The notes beneath the pieces were generated by a model. The model was not told the origin of the DNA. It saw only the letters and a list, made by a program, of their open reading frames with translations, and did no database searches. DNA of 64,000 nucleotides from Candidatus Limnocylindrales bacterium (lineage in GTDB: Bacteria; Moduliflexota; Moduliflexia; Moduliflexales; JAUQPW01): the NCBI GenBank assembly GCA_035559535.1, contig DATMBG010000051.1, positions 124,001-188,000 on the forward strand. Direction: 5' to 3'. Below, one piece after another: positions 1-9,622 of this stretch (positions within the stretch are counted from its first letter, which is position 1; each line of letters starts with the position of its first letter). The translations under genes and the position numbers were made by a program.

Positions 1-43
1 TTTGTTCGGCCATACGATCTGATAGTTTTTAAGAAACTCTCTA

Positions 44-70
44 GTAAGGGCACGGCGCGCCGTACCCCTA
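44..70. repeat. GTAG-type REP-like palindrome (degenerate)
   Basis: GTAAGGGCACGGCGCGCCGTACCCCTA; same design as the 28-bp palindromes at 49997, 52227, 53231 and 54452. Confidence 0.65.
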
Positions 71-135
71 ACCTTGAATCGGACAGACCTATAAGATTCA
101 AGCTGCTCTGATTCCAATGGGATAGAGCCTCTCGA

Positions 136-291
136 CTACCCGATATTGTTCATTAATAAATCCTCTCGCATCTTGCGGACACGGGGATTGCCTCCCAGCC
201 CATCAATGTGCTGACTAATTAAACGAGCATAATCCTTAGGCAAGTCGGCTATATCCTTGATGACTTGCCGAAGTCTGCGCACACTATACAT
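136..291 (-). pseudogene. Truncated/frameshifted RelE/ParE-family toxin
   Basis: ATG at 291 overlaps the antitoxin stop. MYSVRRLRQVIKDIADLPKDYARLISQHIDGLGGNPR resembles the RelE/ParE N-terminal half; the frame then ends at 51 aa. Confidence 0.6.
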
Positions 292-505
292 CGACTTCCT
301 TAGCTCGTAATTCTGCTTTAGCCTGCTCCCAAGGAACGGCTTCTTCTCCAGCTTCACGAAGACGGCGAATTTCCTCAGCGTCTTCTAGGTCCTCCAATAA
401 AGTGAGCAGTTCCTCCCAGATTGCATAATCCAACACTACGGCTTTCTCGTCGCCTGGGGTGTCCACTAAAAATTGGACCTTTTGCAACAGTTCACTGATA
501 CTCAT
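284..505 (-). CDS. Putative type II toxin-antitoxin antitoxin
   Basis: 73 aa, acidic, with ELLTLLEDLEDAEEIRRLRE...VPWEQAKAEL typical of RelE-associated antitoxins; coupled to the toxin remnant. Confidence 0.7.
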   Translation of the reverse strand: MSISELLQKVQFLVDTPGDEKAVVLDYAIWEELLTLLEDLEDAEEIRRLREAGEEAVPWEQAKAELRAKEVDV

Positions 506-1174
506 TTAAATCTCTGTATGGTTCTTACCGAGTCCTAACTTATATTGGACGGCCCAATCACCGCAAAAAAGACGGCTTTTAGGCAGCCTAATCCTTCTAA
601 ATACCGCATAAATGCCACCAGATAACCATCTAACATCTAAAATTCTTGTCTTAGACAGCTCATTTTGAGCCGGCTAATTTTTTATCGGTCCTTATGATAT
701 TTCTAGACGACAATAAGGCGTAAAAAACGTTCTTTTCCAAAAAGATTGCCCATCTAGAAACATTATAAAACTATTTTATAAAAGGAGAGTCAAATGGTCA
801 AGCAAAACCGCTGGATCAAGTAAAAAATCTAATCTGATTAAAACATTATAGCATCAGGACCGAGGAACCTTACATAAACCGGATTAAAGGATTCATTATC
901 TTCCCTGTGGAAAACCTCATCCTGGCAAAATGGCAAAATGGAGGAATCTGAGGTTACTCCGTAGCGATGAAACAGTTCTACAAAGAACTGTCAATAGTAC
1001 AAAACCCAAATTTTGCAGGGATAGAAGGAGATAGGTTTCGGAACCGACCCTTGAGGTTTTTTCCTCAAGATACTACTTATATTATAATACGAAGGTTATC
1101 GTGATGCTCAGCAAGACGAGAATACAAAATGATTTAATTTAAGAGCCTCACCGGCTTAGGAGGAGACTATTTAT

Positions 1175-2086
1175 ATGGCAACTCAACTTCTGGAGACATC
1201 ATCTTCACCCCTTCGACTTACCGAAAAACAAATTGCCTTTTATCATGAAAAGGGTTACCTGATCATCGAAAGGGTCTTAGACGAAGAGAGGTTGATCGCT
1301 TTGCGGGAGGTTACAGATCGAATTGTTGAGGGAGCGCGAGGACTGACCCAACATACCGAGGTATATGACCTGGAAGATTCCCACATACCGGATGAGCCAC
1401 GGGTTCGACGGATTAAAAATCCTTCCAAAGTACACCCTCTCTATTGGGAATTATCCAGGGATAAAACTATCCTCGGTATTGTAGCTCAATTGATCGGCCC
1501 TAATATACGGTTTCACAGCGAAAAACTGAATATGAAATCGGCCGGTTATGGGGCACCGGTCGAGTGGCATCAAGATTGGGCTTTCTATCCCCATACCAAC
1601 GATGATGTGCTGGCGGTAGGTATTTTGTTGGATGATAGTACCCCGGATAATGGACCTCTCATGGTCATTCCGGGATCTCATAGGGGGCCTGTCTACGATC
1701 ACCATGCAAACGGTCGGTTTTGTGGAGCTATCCATCCTTCCTGTAAGGTAAATTATGAAGATGCTGTGCCTTTGTTATGTAGCGCCGGAGGAATGACGAT
1801 TCATCACGTTCGCGCCGTTCATGGTTCGGCACCTAATTACTCCCATAAACCGCGTCGATTGCTTCTGTTCGCCTATGCTGCTGTCGATGCCTGGCCTTTA
1901 ATGGGTATGAGCCAATCTGGAGCCAAAACCTATGAGGAGTTCAATGAACTCATCGTCGCCGGCGAAGCCACCAATCAACCGCGTCTTATTCCAGTACCGG
2001 TACGTATGCCATTACCTCCGGCATTGTATGGCGGTTCCATTTACGAAAACCAGAAAGGGAAAATTAGCAGCTACTTCCAAGACTAA
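1175..2086 (+). CDS. Phytanoyl-CoA dioxygenase (PhyH) family Fe(II)/2OG dioxygenase
   Basis: FYHEKGYL, WHQD (HxD), NGPLMVIPGSH, distal HGS and PRR; SD AGGAG upstream. Confidence 0.9.
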   Translation: MATQLLETSSSPLRLTEKQIAFYHEKGYLIIERVLDEERLIALREVTDRIVEGARGLTQHTEVYDLEDSHIPDEPRVRRIKNPSKVHPLYWELSRDKTILGIVAQLIGPNIRFHSEKLNMKSAGYGAPVEWHQDWAFYPHTNDDVLAVGILLDDSTPDNGPLMVIPGSHRGPVYDHHANGRFCGAIHPSCKVNYEDAVPLLCSAGGMTIHHVRAVHGSAPNYSHKPRRLLLFAYAAVDAWPLMGMSQSGAKTYEEFNELIVAGEATNQPRLIPVPVRMPLPPALYGGSIYENQKGKISSYFQD

Positions 2087-2158
2087 GCAATAAGCCTCTG
2101 TAAGGGAGAAGCCGGTAAGAATAATTCAAGGGGCCAACCCGGTCGGTGGATCACTCTA

Positions 2159-3025
2159 TTAAGGTCCTTGTACTGTTGGTCCATCTCCCGCGATCGTTGT
2201 CCGATGCATGACCCGCCGGTATTTGGAGGTATCCCAGGGTCTGCCCCGATGTAAGCAGCGACGATTGTCCCACATGACCAGGTCTTTGGGTCGCCACTTA
2301 TGGCGATAAACGAACTGAGGTTGGGTTGCCCATTCCAGTAACTCCTTCAGCAAGGCCCGGCCTTCTTCAATCGGCCAGCCGACAATATGGGAGGCATGTG
2401 AGCCGATAAAAAGCGCCTTTTCGCCGGTCTCTGGAATAGTTCGCACCAGGATTTGCTTTACCGGTGGTACTTCGTTCTTGAAGGCCTCATCCATCAGGTC
2501 GGGAGAAATCAAACTCCGGGAGTAGGCCAGGCTATGGACGGCAACAAGACCCTCTAACATGGCTTTTTTATCGTCCGGTAAGGCATCATAAGCGGCCCGC
2601 GTGCTGGCATATTCGGTTTCTCCCCCTTCAGGAGGTACCTCCCGGGCTGATAAGAGAGAGGCTTTAGCAGGAATCCTCTTAAACGAACTGTCAGAGTGCC
2701 AAAGCATATTGGCAGAAAGATGATATATGCGTTTGTCTTCCGGCGAGATCATCTCATTTTTTTCATCAACATTGGAAAGGTTGTTAATAAGACCTCCACC
2801 CCCGGTGAAGTCATTTTTCATGGTTGATTCCAATGGTCCAAACCGTTGACTAAAGGCAATTTGCTGTTCGTCATTTAAATCTTGATCATGAAAGACCAAC
2901 ACCGAATACCTGTTGAAAGCCTCCCGGATCTGCTCAAAAGTTTCTTCATCCAAAGGTTTTGTAATATCAACACCCAAAATTTCTGCACCGAAACAATCGG
3001 TCAGTGGATTGATGGTTATCGCCAT
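2159..3025 (-). CDS. TauD/TfdA family Fe(II)/2OG dioxygenase
   Basis: FGAEILGVD, WHSDSSF, GGETEYA, WDNRRCLHRG, RRVMHRTT motifs. Confidence 0.92.
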   Translation of the reverse strand: MAITINPLTDCFGAEILGVDITKPLDEETFEQIREAFNRYSVLVFHDQDLNDEQQIAFSQRFGPLESTMKNDFTGGGGLINNLSNVDEKNEMISPEDKRIYHLSANMLWHSDSSFKRIPAKASLLSAREVPPEGGETEYASTRAAYDALPDDKKAMLEGLVAVHSLAYSRSLISPDLMDEAFKNEVPPVKQILVRTIPETGEKALFIGSHASHIVGWPIEEGRALLKELLEWATQPQFVYRHKWRPKDLVMWDNRRCLHRGRPWDTSKYRRVMHRTTIAGDGPTVQGP

Positions 3026-3266
3026 AGTGGTTTTACCTCATCAGGAAGTTATATCCTTTTCATTTTGACATAAGTCCTAAACTCATAAGTTTGTGTCTTC
3101 AGGACTTTATAGTCAGACCCCTGTTTTTAATTTTCTATAAAAATTCTCTTGCTTTTATCCTGCATCATGTATTTTATCGAGGATAAATGCAAGAATTTTT
3201 TTTAAAAAATAAGGTCTGGAAGGGACTTTTGTTTAAAATTCTTTAAAAAAGAAGGGAGAGAAGGTA

Positions 3267-3971
3267 ATGACTCGACCCATCGAAAAACTTTTCCGTGCCC
3301 CTTATGCTGTGCCCAATGATTTACAAATGACCGAACAGGGACTTTGGATCGTGGATCAAATGACCGATCGGGTGGCTCTTACCGAGATTACGCAAATTGT
3401 TCCGGAGTGCAGGGTTCCCAGGCTCATTCGAGATATTCCCAGCGAATCCTCCAATACCAGCGGATTAACTTATGGAGATGGCGTACTCTGGCTGGGTGTT
3501 AACGGTCCGGCTACGCTATGGCGATCGGCACGACTGACCGACGCCGGACCGGATCAGGGGGAGATCCTGAAAGTTGATCCCTATACAGGGAAAACTCTGG
3601 GACGGTATCCGGTCCCGGGCGGGGGTCCTACCCATGGAATCGAATATGACCCTTTCGAAGAAGGTTATCTCTGGATAACCCTTCTTAAAGATCAAACTTT
3701 GGGTAAGGTATGGATTGTCGATTGGACTCTTCAACACGTGATTCCCTTACCTTATGAAAGGGCCCACGGGGTGGTACGGGTAGAGGATGGAATCTGGGTT
3801 GTACATACCTCCCGCCGGGTTATTGTCAAGCTTGATGTGAAAAGCGGAACGGAACTGGACCGGATAACCATCTCAAAGTCGGATCCAGAACCCCACGGAT
3901 TATCCATTTTTGGTAAAGATCTCCTCTATTGCGATGCAACCTCCGGATGGATCGTAAAAATTACACTATGA
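3267..3971 (+). CDS. Hypothetical beta-propeller protein (Vgb/glutaminyl cyclase-like repeats)
   Basis: Repeated PHG/THG/AHG-[LIV]...G.LW motifs; SD GGAG; no signal peptide. Confidence 0.6.
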   Translation: MTRPIEKLFRAPYAVPNDLQMTEQGLWIVDQMTDRVALTEITQIVPECRVPRLIRDIPSESSNTSGLTYGDGVLWLGVNGPATLWRSARLTDAGPDQGEILKVDPYTGKTLGRYPVPGGGPTHGIEYDPFEEGYLWITLLKDQTLGKVWIVDWTLQHVIPLPYERAHGVVRVEDGIWVVHTSRRVIVKLDVKSGTELDRITISKSDPEPHGLSIFGKDLLYCDATSGWIVKITL

Positions 3972-5345
3972 TCGATAAATCTGGCGAAGCTCACCGACGG
4001 CCCATTCTATTACTTTTTTAGGTGCTTCACCTCGAATGGCTCGTGCAAAGATATCTACAATAATATATTTCGATAGGGCTTCTGCAGCATTTCGGGTAGG
4101 AGGTCCTGGATAGCCGATCGAGCGACCCAGTTTTGCCGTGTGCCTGAAAGCTAAGACCCGGGGATCTTTCTGCCATAAGGGATGAGTTTCATGATCAGGA
4201 CCTGGAGCAACATTCACACCGCCTCCTATCTCAAACCATTTATAGAAATTGGGTTTGTCCATCAAAAATAGGAGGAACTCTTTTGCTGCATCGATGTGGG
4301 GAGAGTATTTCATAACAGCGAACTCAAGCGTGGTATTATAGTGGAAACTTCCGGCCGGTCCCGCAGGCATGATGGCATGGTTTATGTGCTGAGCTATTTG
4401 AGGGGACTGATTTCTCGCTACTACGTAAATACTGGCACTGTTCAGGGTACAGGAAATCTGTTCGGCTAAAAAGGCCCGGTTATTGCTGGTATCATCCCAG
4501 GCAAGCCCTGTTTCGTCAAAGACGTCTTTCCAAAGAACCGGAATAAATTCCACGGCTTCTAAGGTCTCCGGACTGTCTAAGGCAATAGTCTTACCATCCT
4601 CCTCCACAGGCTTTCCCCCAAAGCTCCACAGATAAGGATACGCAAAAGTGGGCGCATCTCCAAAGGTATGCCCGAAGGTTTGTCCAAAAGGCCGACCCAG
4701 GTCTTTAAGAAGTTTTCCCACCTTTCTATATTCCTCCCAGGTCTCGGGGAATTTCTCAACCCCTACCTCCTGGAACCAGTCTTCCCGATGGACCATAGCC
4801 GTACCTGCAATGGCATAAGGCATCGCCTTATAATGGTCCTCTACAAAACAAACATCCTGAATCTGCCGATAAAAACCCCCATACATCTCTCCCACTTTTT
4901 CAGCCACATCGTCTATATCTATACACCCCTTCGCATACAGGTGCGGCCAGTTATGAAGCATCTGCATGATATCTGGTCCGGTACCGGTCTCAATGGCCGC
5001 TGCAATCCGCGCCTGCAAATCGTTGGCATTGATGGTCTCGATGGTTACCTGGACACCTGTTTGTTTGCCCCATTCTGATGCCTGCCTTCGGATTTCATCA
5101 TCGGTGGGTGGAACAAAGCTGCTTAACTGCAAAAGATGTAGTTTTGTTCCTTTCAAAATTGCCGGAGCCGCTATTTTTTGAGTGCCTGGGAATAAAACAC
5201 CCTTTGTAAAAGTTATTCCGGTCGTTAACCCAACCACCTTCAGAAACTGACGCCGTGTGAACAGGTTTTCTCTATTAACTGCAGAATCTGATGGCGGAGT
5301 AACGGAGGGGCCAGGTTCGGGGAGACTGCTGACACATGGGCTCAT
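3966..5345 (-). CDS. ABC transporter extracellular solute-binding protein (SBP_bac_1/8 type), Tat signal
   Basis: TRRQFLK twin-arginine motif, GTGPDI, FPETWEE, WDDTSNNRAF; SD AAGGAGG before ATG. Confidence 0.88.
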   Translation of the reverse strand: MSPCVSSLPEPGPSVTPPSDSAVNRENLFTRRQFLKVVGLTTGITFTKGVLFPGTQKIAAPAILKGTKLHLLQLSSFVPPTDDEIRRQASEWGKQTGVQVTIETINANDLQARIAAAIETGTGPDIMQMLHNWPHLYAKGCIDIDDVAEKVGEMYGGFYRQIQDVCFVEDHYKAMPYAIAGTAMVHREDWFQEVGVEKFPETWEEYRKVGKLLKDLGRPFGQTFGHTFGDAPTFAYPYLWSFGGKPVEEDGKTIALDSPETLEAVEFIPVLWKDVFDETGLAWDDTSNNRAFLAEQISCTLNSASIYVVARNQSPQIAQHINHAIMPAGPAGSFHYNTTLEFAVMKYSPHIDAAKEFLLFLMDKPNFYKWFEIGGGVNVAPGPDHETHPLWQKDPRVLAFRHTAKLGRSIGYPGPPTRNAAEALSKYIIVDIFARAIRGEAPKKVIEWAVGELRQIYRS

Positions 5346-6021
5346 AGGTGATTTCCTCCTTGTTTTACTCCCTCCCAGGTTTTTGGGGCTGAACTCCTCA
5401 CCAATACCCGGAAACTCACCTCAGATAAGCACCGCCCTATAGCCGCCAATCTTTCGGCGTCTCTCAAACCTGATGGAGCAGTAACCCCTGAACTCGAATC
5501 TCTTTCAATTTTAAATTTTAAATACGACCTATGCACTTATAGACCCAAGAACCTGAGGGTTCTCAAACTTTTTTATCTTCTAAAAAGAAAATCATAGACT
5601 AACCCTATTTATTCGTCAAGATACTTTTTATAAGATTAAAATTCGGTCGATCTATCTAACCCCTGGATCTTTGTCAAGTGATTTATGTCAGTTTTTTAAC
5701 TAATCCAAATTAAAAACGGAAAATTTCTATACTTATCTCTCCTCTTCTAAGATTCGGTAGATTTAATTTTTAGAAGTTCAAAGTTTTAGGAACCGGAGAA
5801 TTTTTGAAGTTTTAGGAAATGGGACGGTTTATTTAAGAGATAGAATTAAACAAAATCTCTTCTCCATTACAAATGTGATAGAATTTAGGGAGAAAGGATC
5901 TATCTTAGCAAATTTATGAGGGTTAAAATTTTTAGCTAAAAAAAGCTTGAAAAAGTTTTTGGGGTGATGCAACCTTTATTCTGTTAAATTGTTTTAAATA
6001 AATGACTTTTTAACAATCTTT

Positions 6022-6098
6022 TGTAGATAAGCTGGATATTTTCTTCTTCAACTTTAGATAAAAATGATTGTTATAAAGTTATCCACCCCTGTGGATAA
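6022..6098. promoter_or_regulatory. DnaA boxes (candidate oriC part or dnaA autoregulation site)
   Basis: TTATCCACC 6079-6087 and perfect TGTGGATAA 6090-6098 in inverted orientation; one-mismatch TGTAGATAA 6022-6030; AT-rich region upstream. Confidence 0.75.
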
Positions 6099-6107
6099 AT
6101 CATCCCT

Positions 6108-7508
6108 ATGAATCCAAATTTGTGGGAGAACATTCTCAAACATATAGCGGACCGGATTAACAGACAAAGCTTTGAGACATGGTTTAGGCCTGTTCGACCC
6201 CTATCCTTCGAATCAGGGACTATTAAACTGGGAGTGCCTGATCAAAACTTTATAAGCTGGCTCAACGAGCATTACCTGGAAGTCCTACTGGGCGCCATTA
6301 AAGAGGTGATGGGAGAACTCCCGGCAGTTTCCTTTGTGGTCTACAAAGAATCCGATGAGGCCAAAAACTCCGAAGTTTCAAGTTTTCCCTCGTCCAGGGA
6401 AATGCGGGAGCGTCAAATGGAATTGCCCACACCCATAGAAACTCCTTACAGGAAAAACCCTTCTCGGGTCTTTGAAGAGTCCGAAGAGGAGGTGGCCCTT
6501 AATCCCAGATATACGTTTAGTACCTATGTAGTGGGTTCAGGAAGCCGATTTGCCCACGCAGCTTCTTTAGCAGTTGCAGAGCAGATGTCCTCTACCTATA
6601 ACCCCTTATTCATTTACGGGGGAGTAGGATTAGGAAAAACCCATCTCCTTCATGCGATCGGTCATAAAACCTTAGGATTAAGGAAGAAAGTAAGACTCCT
6701 GTATATCTCTTCAGAACGTTTTGTCAATGAATTGATCAATTCCATTCGATATGATTCCCTGCCGAGCTTCCGGGAGAAATATCGTCAGATTGATTTCCTT
6801 CTTATCGATGATATCCAGTTTATAGCCGGGAAAGACAGGACCCAGGAAGAATTCTTCCATACCTTCAACGCCCTCCATAATGCACGGAAACAAATTGTTA
6901 TTACCAGTGATTGTCCGCCGAAACAGATTCCAACTCTGGAGGAGCGGTTGAGATCCCGATTTGAATGGGGGCTCATTGCGGACATTCAACCTCCAGACCT
7001 GGAAACCAAGATCGCCATTCTCCAGAAAAAAGCGGAAGAAAGAAAAGTTCATCTTCCAGATGAAGTAGCTTTATTCATAGCCAGCAAAGTGAAATCCAAC
7101 ATTCGGGAATTGGAGGGCTGTTTGACTAAAGTAGCTGCCTCTGCCGCCTTTAAAGGATGTAGCATCAACCTGGAACTGGCCCAAGAAGTCCTTCAGGATT
7201 TATTCGATACGAAGGTAAAACCTATTACCGTTGACCTTGTCCAGAAGGTCGTAGCCAATTATTACCAAATTCCTCAACAGGAGTTGAAAGCCCAGACCCG
7301 GGTCAAAAATATTGCATTTCCCAGACAGGTAGCCATGTATCTGTGTCGCGAATTAACCCAGTTATCCCTGCCCGAGATTGGAAGAAGTTTCGGTGGTAAA
7401 GACCATACGACGATTCTTCACGCCTGCCGTAAAATAGAGCAAGAGATGAGCAAAAATCCGGAACTGAGGGGATTGATTAATAAACTTAAAAACTTGATTC
7501 AGTCTTAA
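6108..7508 (+). CDS. dnaA: Chromosomal replication initiator protein DnaA
   Basis: SFETWF domain I, Walker A GGVGLGKTHL, Walker B LLIDDIQF, RLRSRFEWGL, domain IV IGRSFGGKDHTTILHA. Confidence 0.99.
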   Translation: MNPNLWENILKHIADRINRQSFETWFRPVRPLSFESGTIKLGVPDQNFISWLNEHYLEVLLGAIKEVMGELPAVSFVVYKESDEAKNSEVSSFPSSREMRERQMELPTPIETPYRKNPSRVFEESEEEVALNPRYTFSTYVVGSGSRFAHAASLAVAEQMSSTYNPLFIYGGVGLGKTHLLHAIGHKTLGLRKKVRLLYISSERFVNELINSIRYDSLPSFREKYRQIDFLLIDDIQFIAGKDRTQEEFFHTFNALHNARKQIVITSDCPPKQIPTLEERLRSRFEWGLIADIQPPDLETKIAILQKKAEERKVHLPDEVALFIASKVKSNIRELEGCLTKVAASAAFKGCSINLELAQEVLQDLFDTKVKPITVDLVQKVVANYYQIPQQELKAQTRVKNIAFPRQVAMYLCRELTQLSLPEIGRSFGGKDHTTILHACRKIEQEMSKNPELRGLINKLKNLIQS

Positions 7509-7851
7509 CCCATAATTCATAGTCTGCTTTAACATCCTGGGGACGAAGCTTTGGTTTTGTAGATAAGATCAGGATATGGTGGTTAGCTAACCGATGAAGA
7601 CTTCGTCCCCTGAAATTAGCATAAGCAGGAATTATGAAGGTTTTATGACAAAAAGTTTAGGTTTTTGTGAAGACCGCTGAAAACCCAGGTTGATCCCTGT
7701 TGAGAAACGGCTTTTTTGCTTGACAAATTTCAAGTAAAAATGTTAACTGATATTAAAGTAAAGAAAAATTTGTCCTTGCGGCTACTTGTCTGTTATGCTT
7801 AAAGGGGATCCTTTTTCTGCTTTTCAATCCACCTGGAGGGGGGCGTAAATT

Positions 7852-8286
7852 ATGTTATTCGATTACGTAAACGTTTTGGTTTTCATGACCGTAGGAGTTC
7901 TCTTTCTGGTAGGGAGTTTGCTTGCAGCTCGCCTGGCATCCAGACTGCTCCATTCCAGGACCCTGAATCCGGATAAGTTAACCAATTATGAATGTGGGGA
8001 ACGCCCGATTGGAGGAACGGCGATTCAGTTTAATATACGATTTTATGTAATAGCCCTGATTTTTGTCATTTTTGAAGTGGAAGTGGTTTTCCTCTATCCC
8101 TGGGCCGTAGTATTTAAAGACTTAGGATTTTTTGCCTTTGTAGAGATGTCGGTATTTATCTTCATTCTTCTCTTGGGACTGGCCTATGTTTGGTGTAAAG
8201 GAGACCTTGAATGGGTTAAACCCTCTGAAATCTCTCTGGCTCGAGAAAGAAGCTCTCAAGAGCATGGTGAGACACTTCATAGATGA
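7852..8286 (+). CDS. nuoA: NADH-quinone oxidoreductase subunit A
   Basis: YECGE, FYVIALIFVIFEVE, KGDLEW. Confidence 0.97.
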   Translation: MLFDYVNVLVFMTVGVLFLVGSLLAARLASRLLHSRTLNPDKLTNYECGERPIGGTAIQFNIRFYVIALIFVIFEVEVVFLYPWAVVFKDLGFFAFVEMSVFIFILLLGLAYVWCKGDLEWVKPSEISLARERSSQEHGETLHR

Positions 8287-8310
8287 GTCCTCGCAGGGAG
8301 GTGTTTTAGA

Positions 8311-8820
8311 ATGAAATTACTGGAAAGCACCTTTCGGGATAATATCCTGATAACTCGCGTAGATTATTTTCTTAATTGGGCAAGGTTGTCTTCTCTATGG
8401 CCCATGCTCTTTGGGTTGGCCTGTTGTGCCATTGAAATGATGGCGACGGGAGCGGCTCGATATGATCTGGATAGATTTGGAGCAGGGGTTTTCCGTGGCA
8501 CTCCCCGACAATCGGACCTTATGATTGTTGCCGGAACGGTTACCATTAAAATGTCCTCCAGACTTAAGCTACTCTATGAGCAAATGCCAGAGCCCAAGTA
8601 TGTGATATCCATGGGAAGTTGTGCCACCAGCGGAGGTCCTTACTGGCAACACGGTTATCATGTCTTAAAGGGAGTTGACCTGGTGGTACCTGTGGACGTC
8701 TATGTCCCCGGCTGTCCGCCTCGTCCGGAGTCTTTAATAGAAGGGGTTTTAAAACTTCAAGAAAAGATCCGAAATGAAAGGTTGTTGGCCCGTGGGATTT
8801 CATCGGTTATGTCTTCTTAA
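8311..8820 (+). CDS. nuoB: NADH-quinone oxidoreductase subunit B
   Basis: [26 protein letters not shown] (N2 cluster ligands). Confidence 0.98.
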   Translation: MKLLESTFRDNILITRVDYFLNWARLSSLWPMLFGLACCAIEMMATGAARYDLDRFGAGVFRGTPRQSDLMIVAGTVTIKMSSRLKLLYEQMPEPKYVISMGSCATSGGPYWQHGYHVLKGVDLVVPVDVYVPGCPPRPESLIEGVLKLQEKIRNERLLARGISSVMSS

Positions 8821-8945
8821 AAGTCAGGGGAGGGAGGAAGGTTATCCAGAGGCAGGACCGACGCCTTTGGAGTCGTGAATGGTAGTTCGAGTTTACGCCC
8901 TTTACGGATAAATTTAGAAAAGTCCAGGAACTGCTGAGTAAGGAG

Positions 8946-9551
8946 ATGGGTATCCAGGAGATTTTGGAAAAGCTAAAGGCCAGGTTTGAGGGGGTTTCTT
9001 TTGAGTTGGTAGATACGAAGGTAGACCCCTTTATCAAGGTTCCTGCTAAAAACATCGCAGAGGTCGCCGCCTTCCTTAAAGACGATGAAGCTCTCGCCTT
9101 CGACTCTCTCATGTGTTTGAGTGGGGTTGATTACCTCCATACCCTCGCGGTGGTTTACCACCTCTTTTCCTTCAAGCATGGTCATAAATTAGTCCTAAAG
9201 GTGGAAACCCCCCGGGATAATCCTTCCGTACCCACAGTAGAAAATGTCTGGAAAACGGCCAATTGGCATGAACGGGAAGCCTTTGATATGTTCGGAATTC
9301 ATTTTGAGAACCATAGTGATCTGAGAAGGATCCTCTGCCCGGATGATTGGGAAGGTTATCCACTTCGTAAAGATTATAAAACCCAAGAGTTCTATCACGG
9401 TATTCGGGTGGAAGTTGCCGAGCCTCCAGATCCTCTCTACGAAGTTAAACAGAAGCCCAAGGCAGACAAAGCAGTAAAACCTGCCGGAGCTGCGGCTGCC
9501 AAAACTGCCAAACCGGATCCCAAGGCCACAACCGAGAAAAAAGCTGAGTAG
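8946..9551 (+). CDS. nuoC: NADH-quinone oxidoreductase subunit C
   Basis: ANWHEREAFDMFGIHFENH, GYPLRKDY; Lys/Ala-rich tail. Confidence 0.97.
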   Translation: MGIQEILEKLKARFEGVSFELVDTKVDPFIKVPAKNIAEVAAFLKDDEALAFDSLMCLSGVDYLHTLAVVYHLFSFKHGHKLVLKVETPRDNPSVPTVENVWKTANWHEREAFDMFGIHFENHSDLRRILCPDDWEGYPLRKDYKTQEFYHGIRVEVAEPPDPLYEVKQKPKADKAVKPAGAAAAKTAKPDPKATTEKKAE

Positions 9552-9622
9552 TTCCTGGTTCATCGCCCGTTGTTTGAAGAGGTTTATCCCCTACAACGGG
9601 CAACAGATAACAAACTAAAGCT

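Noticed and set aside
647..659. TGTCT-T-AGACA palindrome as a GntR-type operator
   Set aside because: Single short copy with no regulator nearby; could be chance
5346..5540. Possible riboswitch upstream of the solute-binding protein (GAGAGACGCCGAAAG on the minus strand) and 64-aa ORF
   Set aside because: Only a superficial likeness to the glycine aptamer, the CTCTCAGG element is missing; the ORF has no recognisable features
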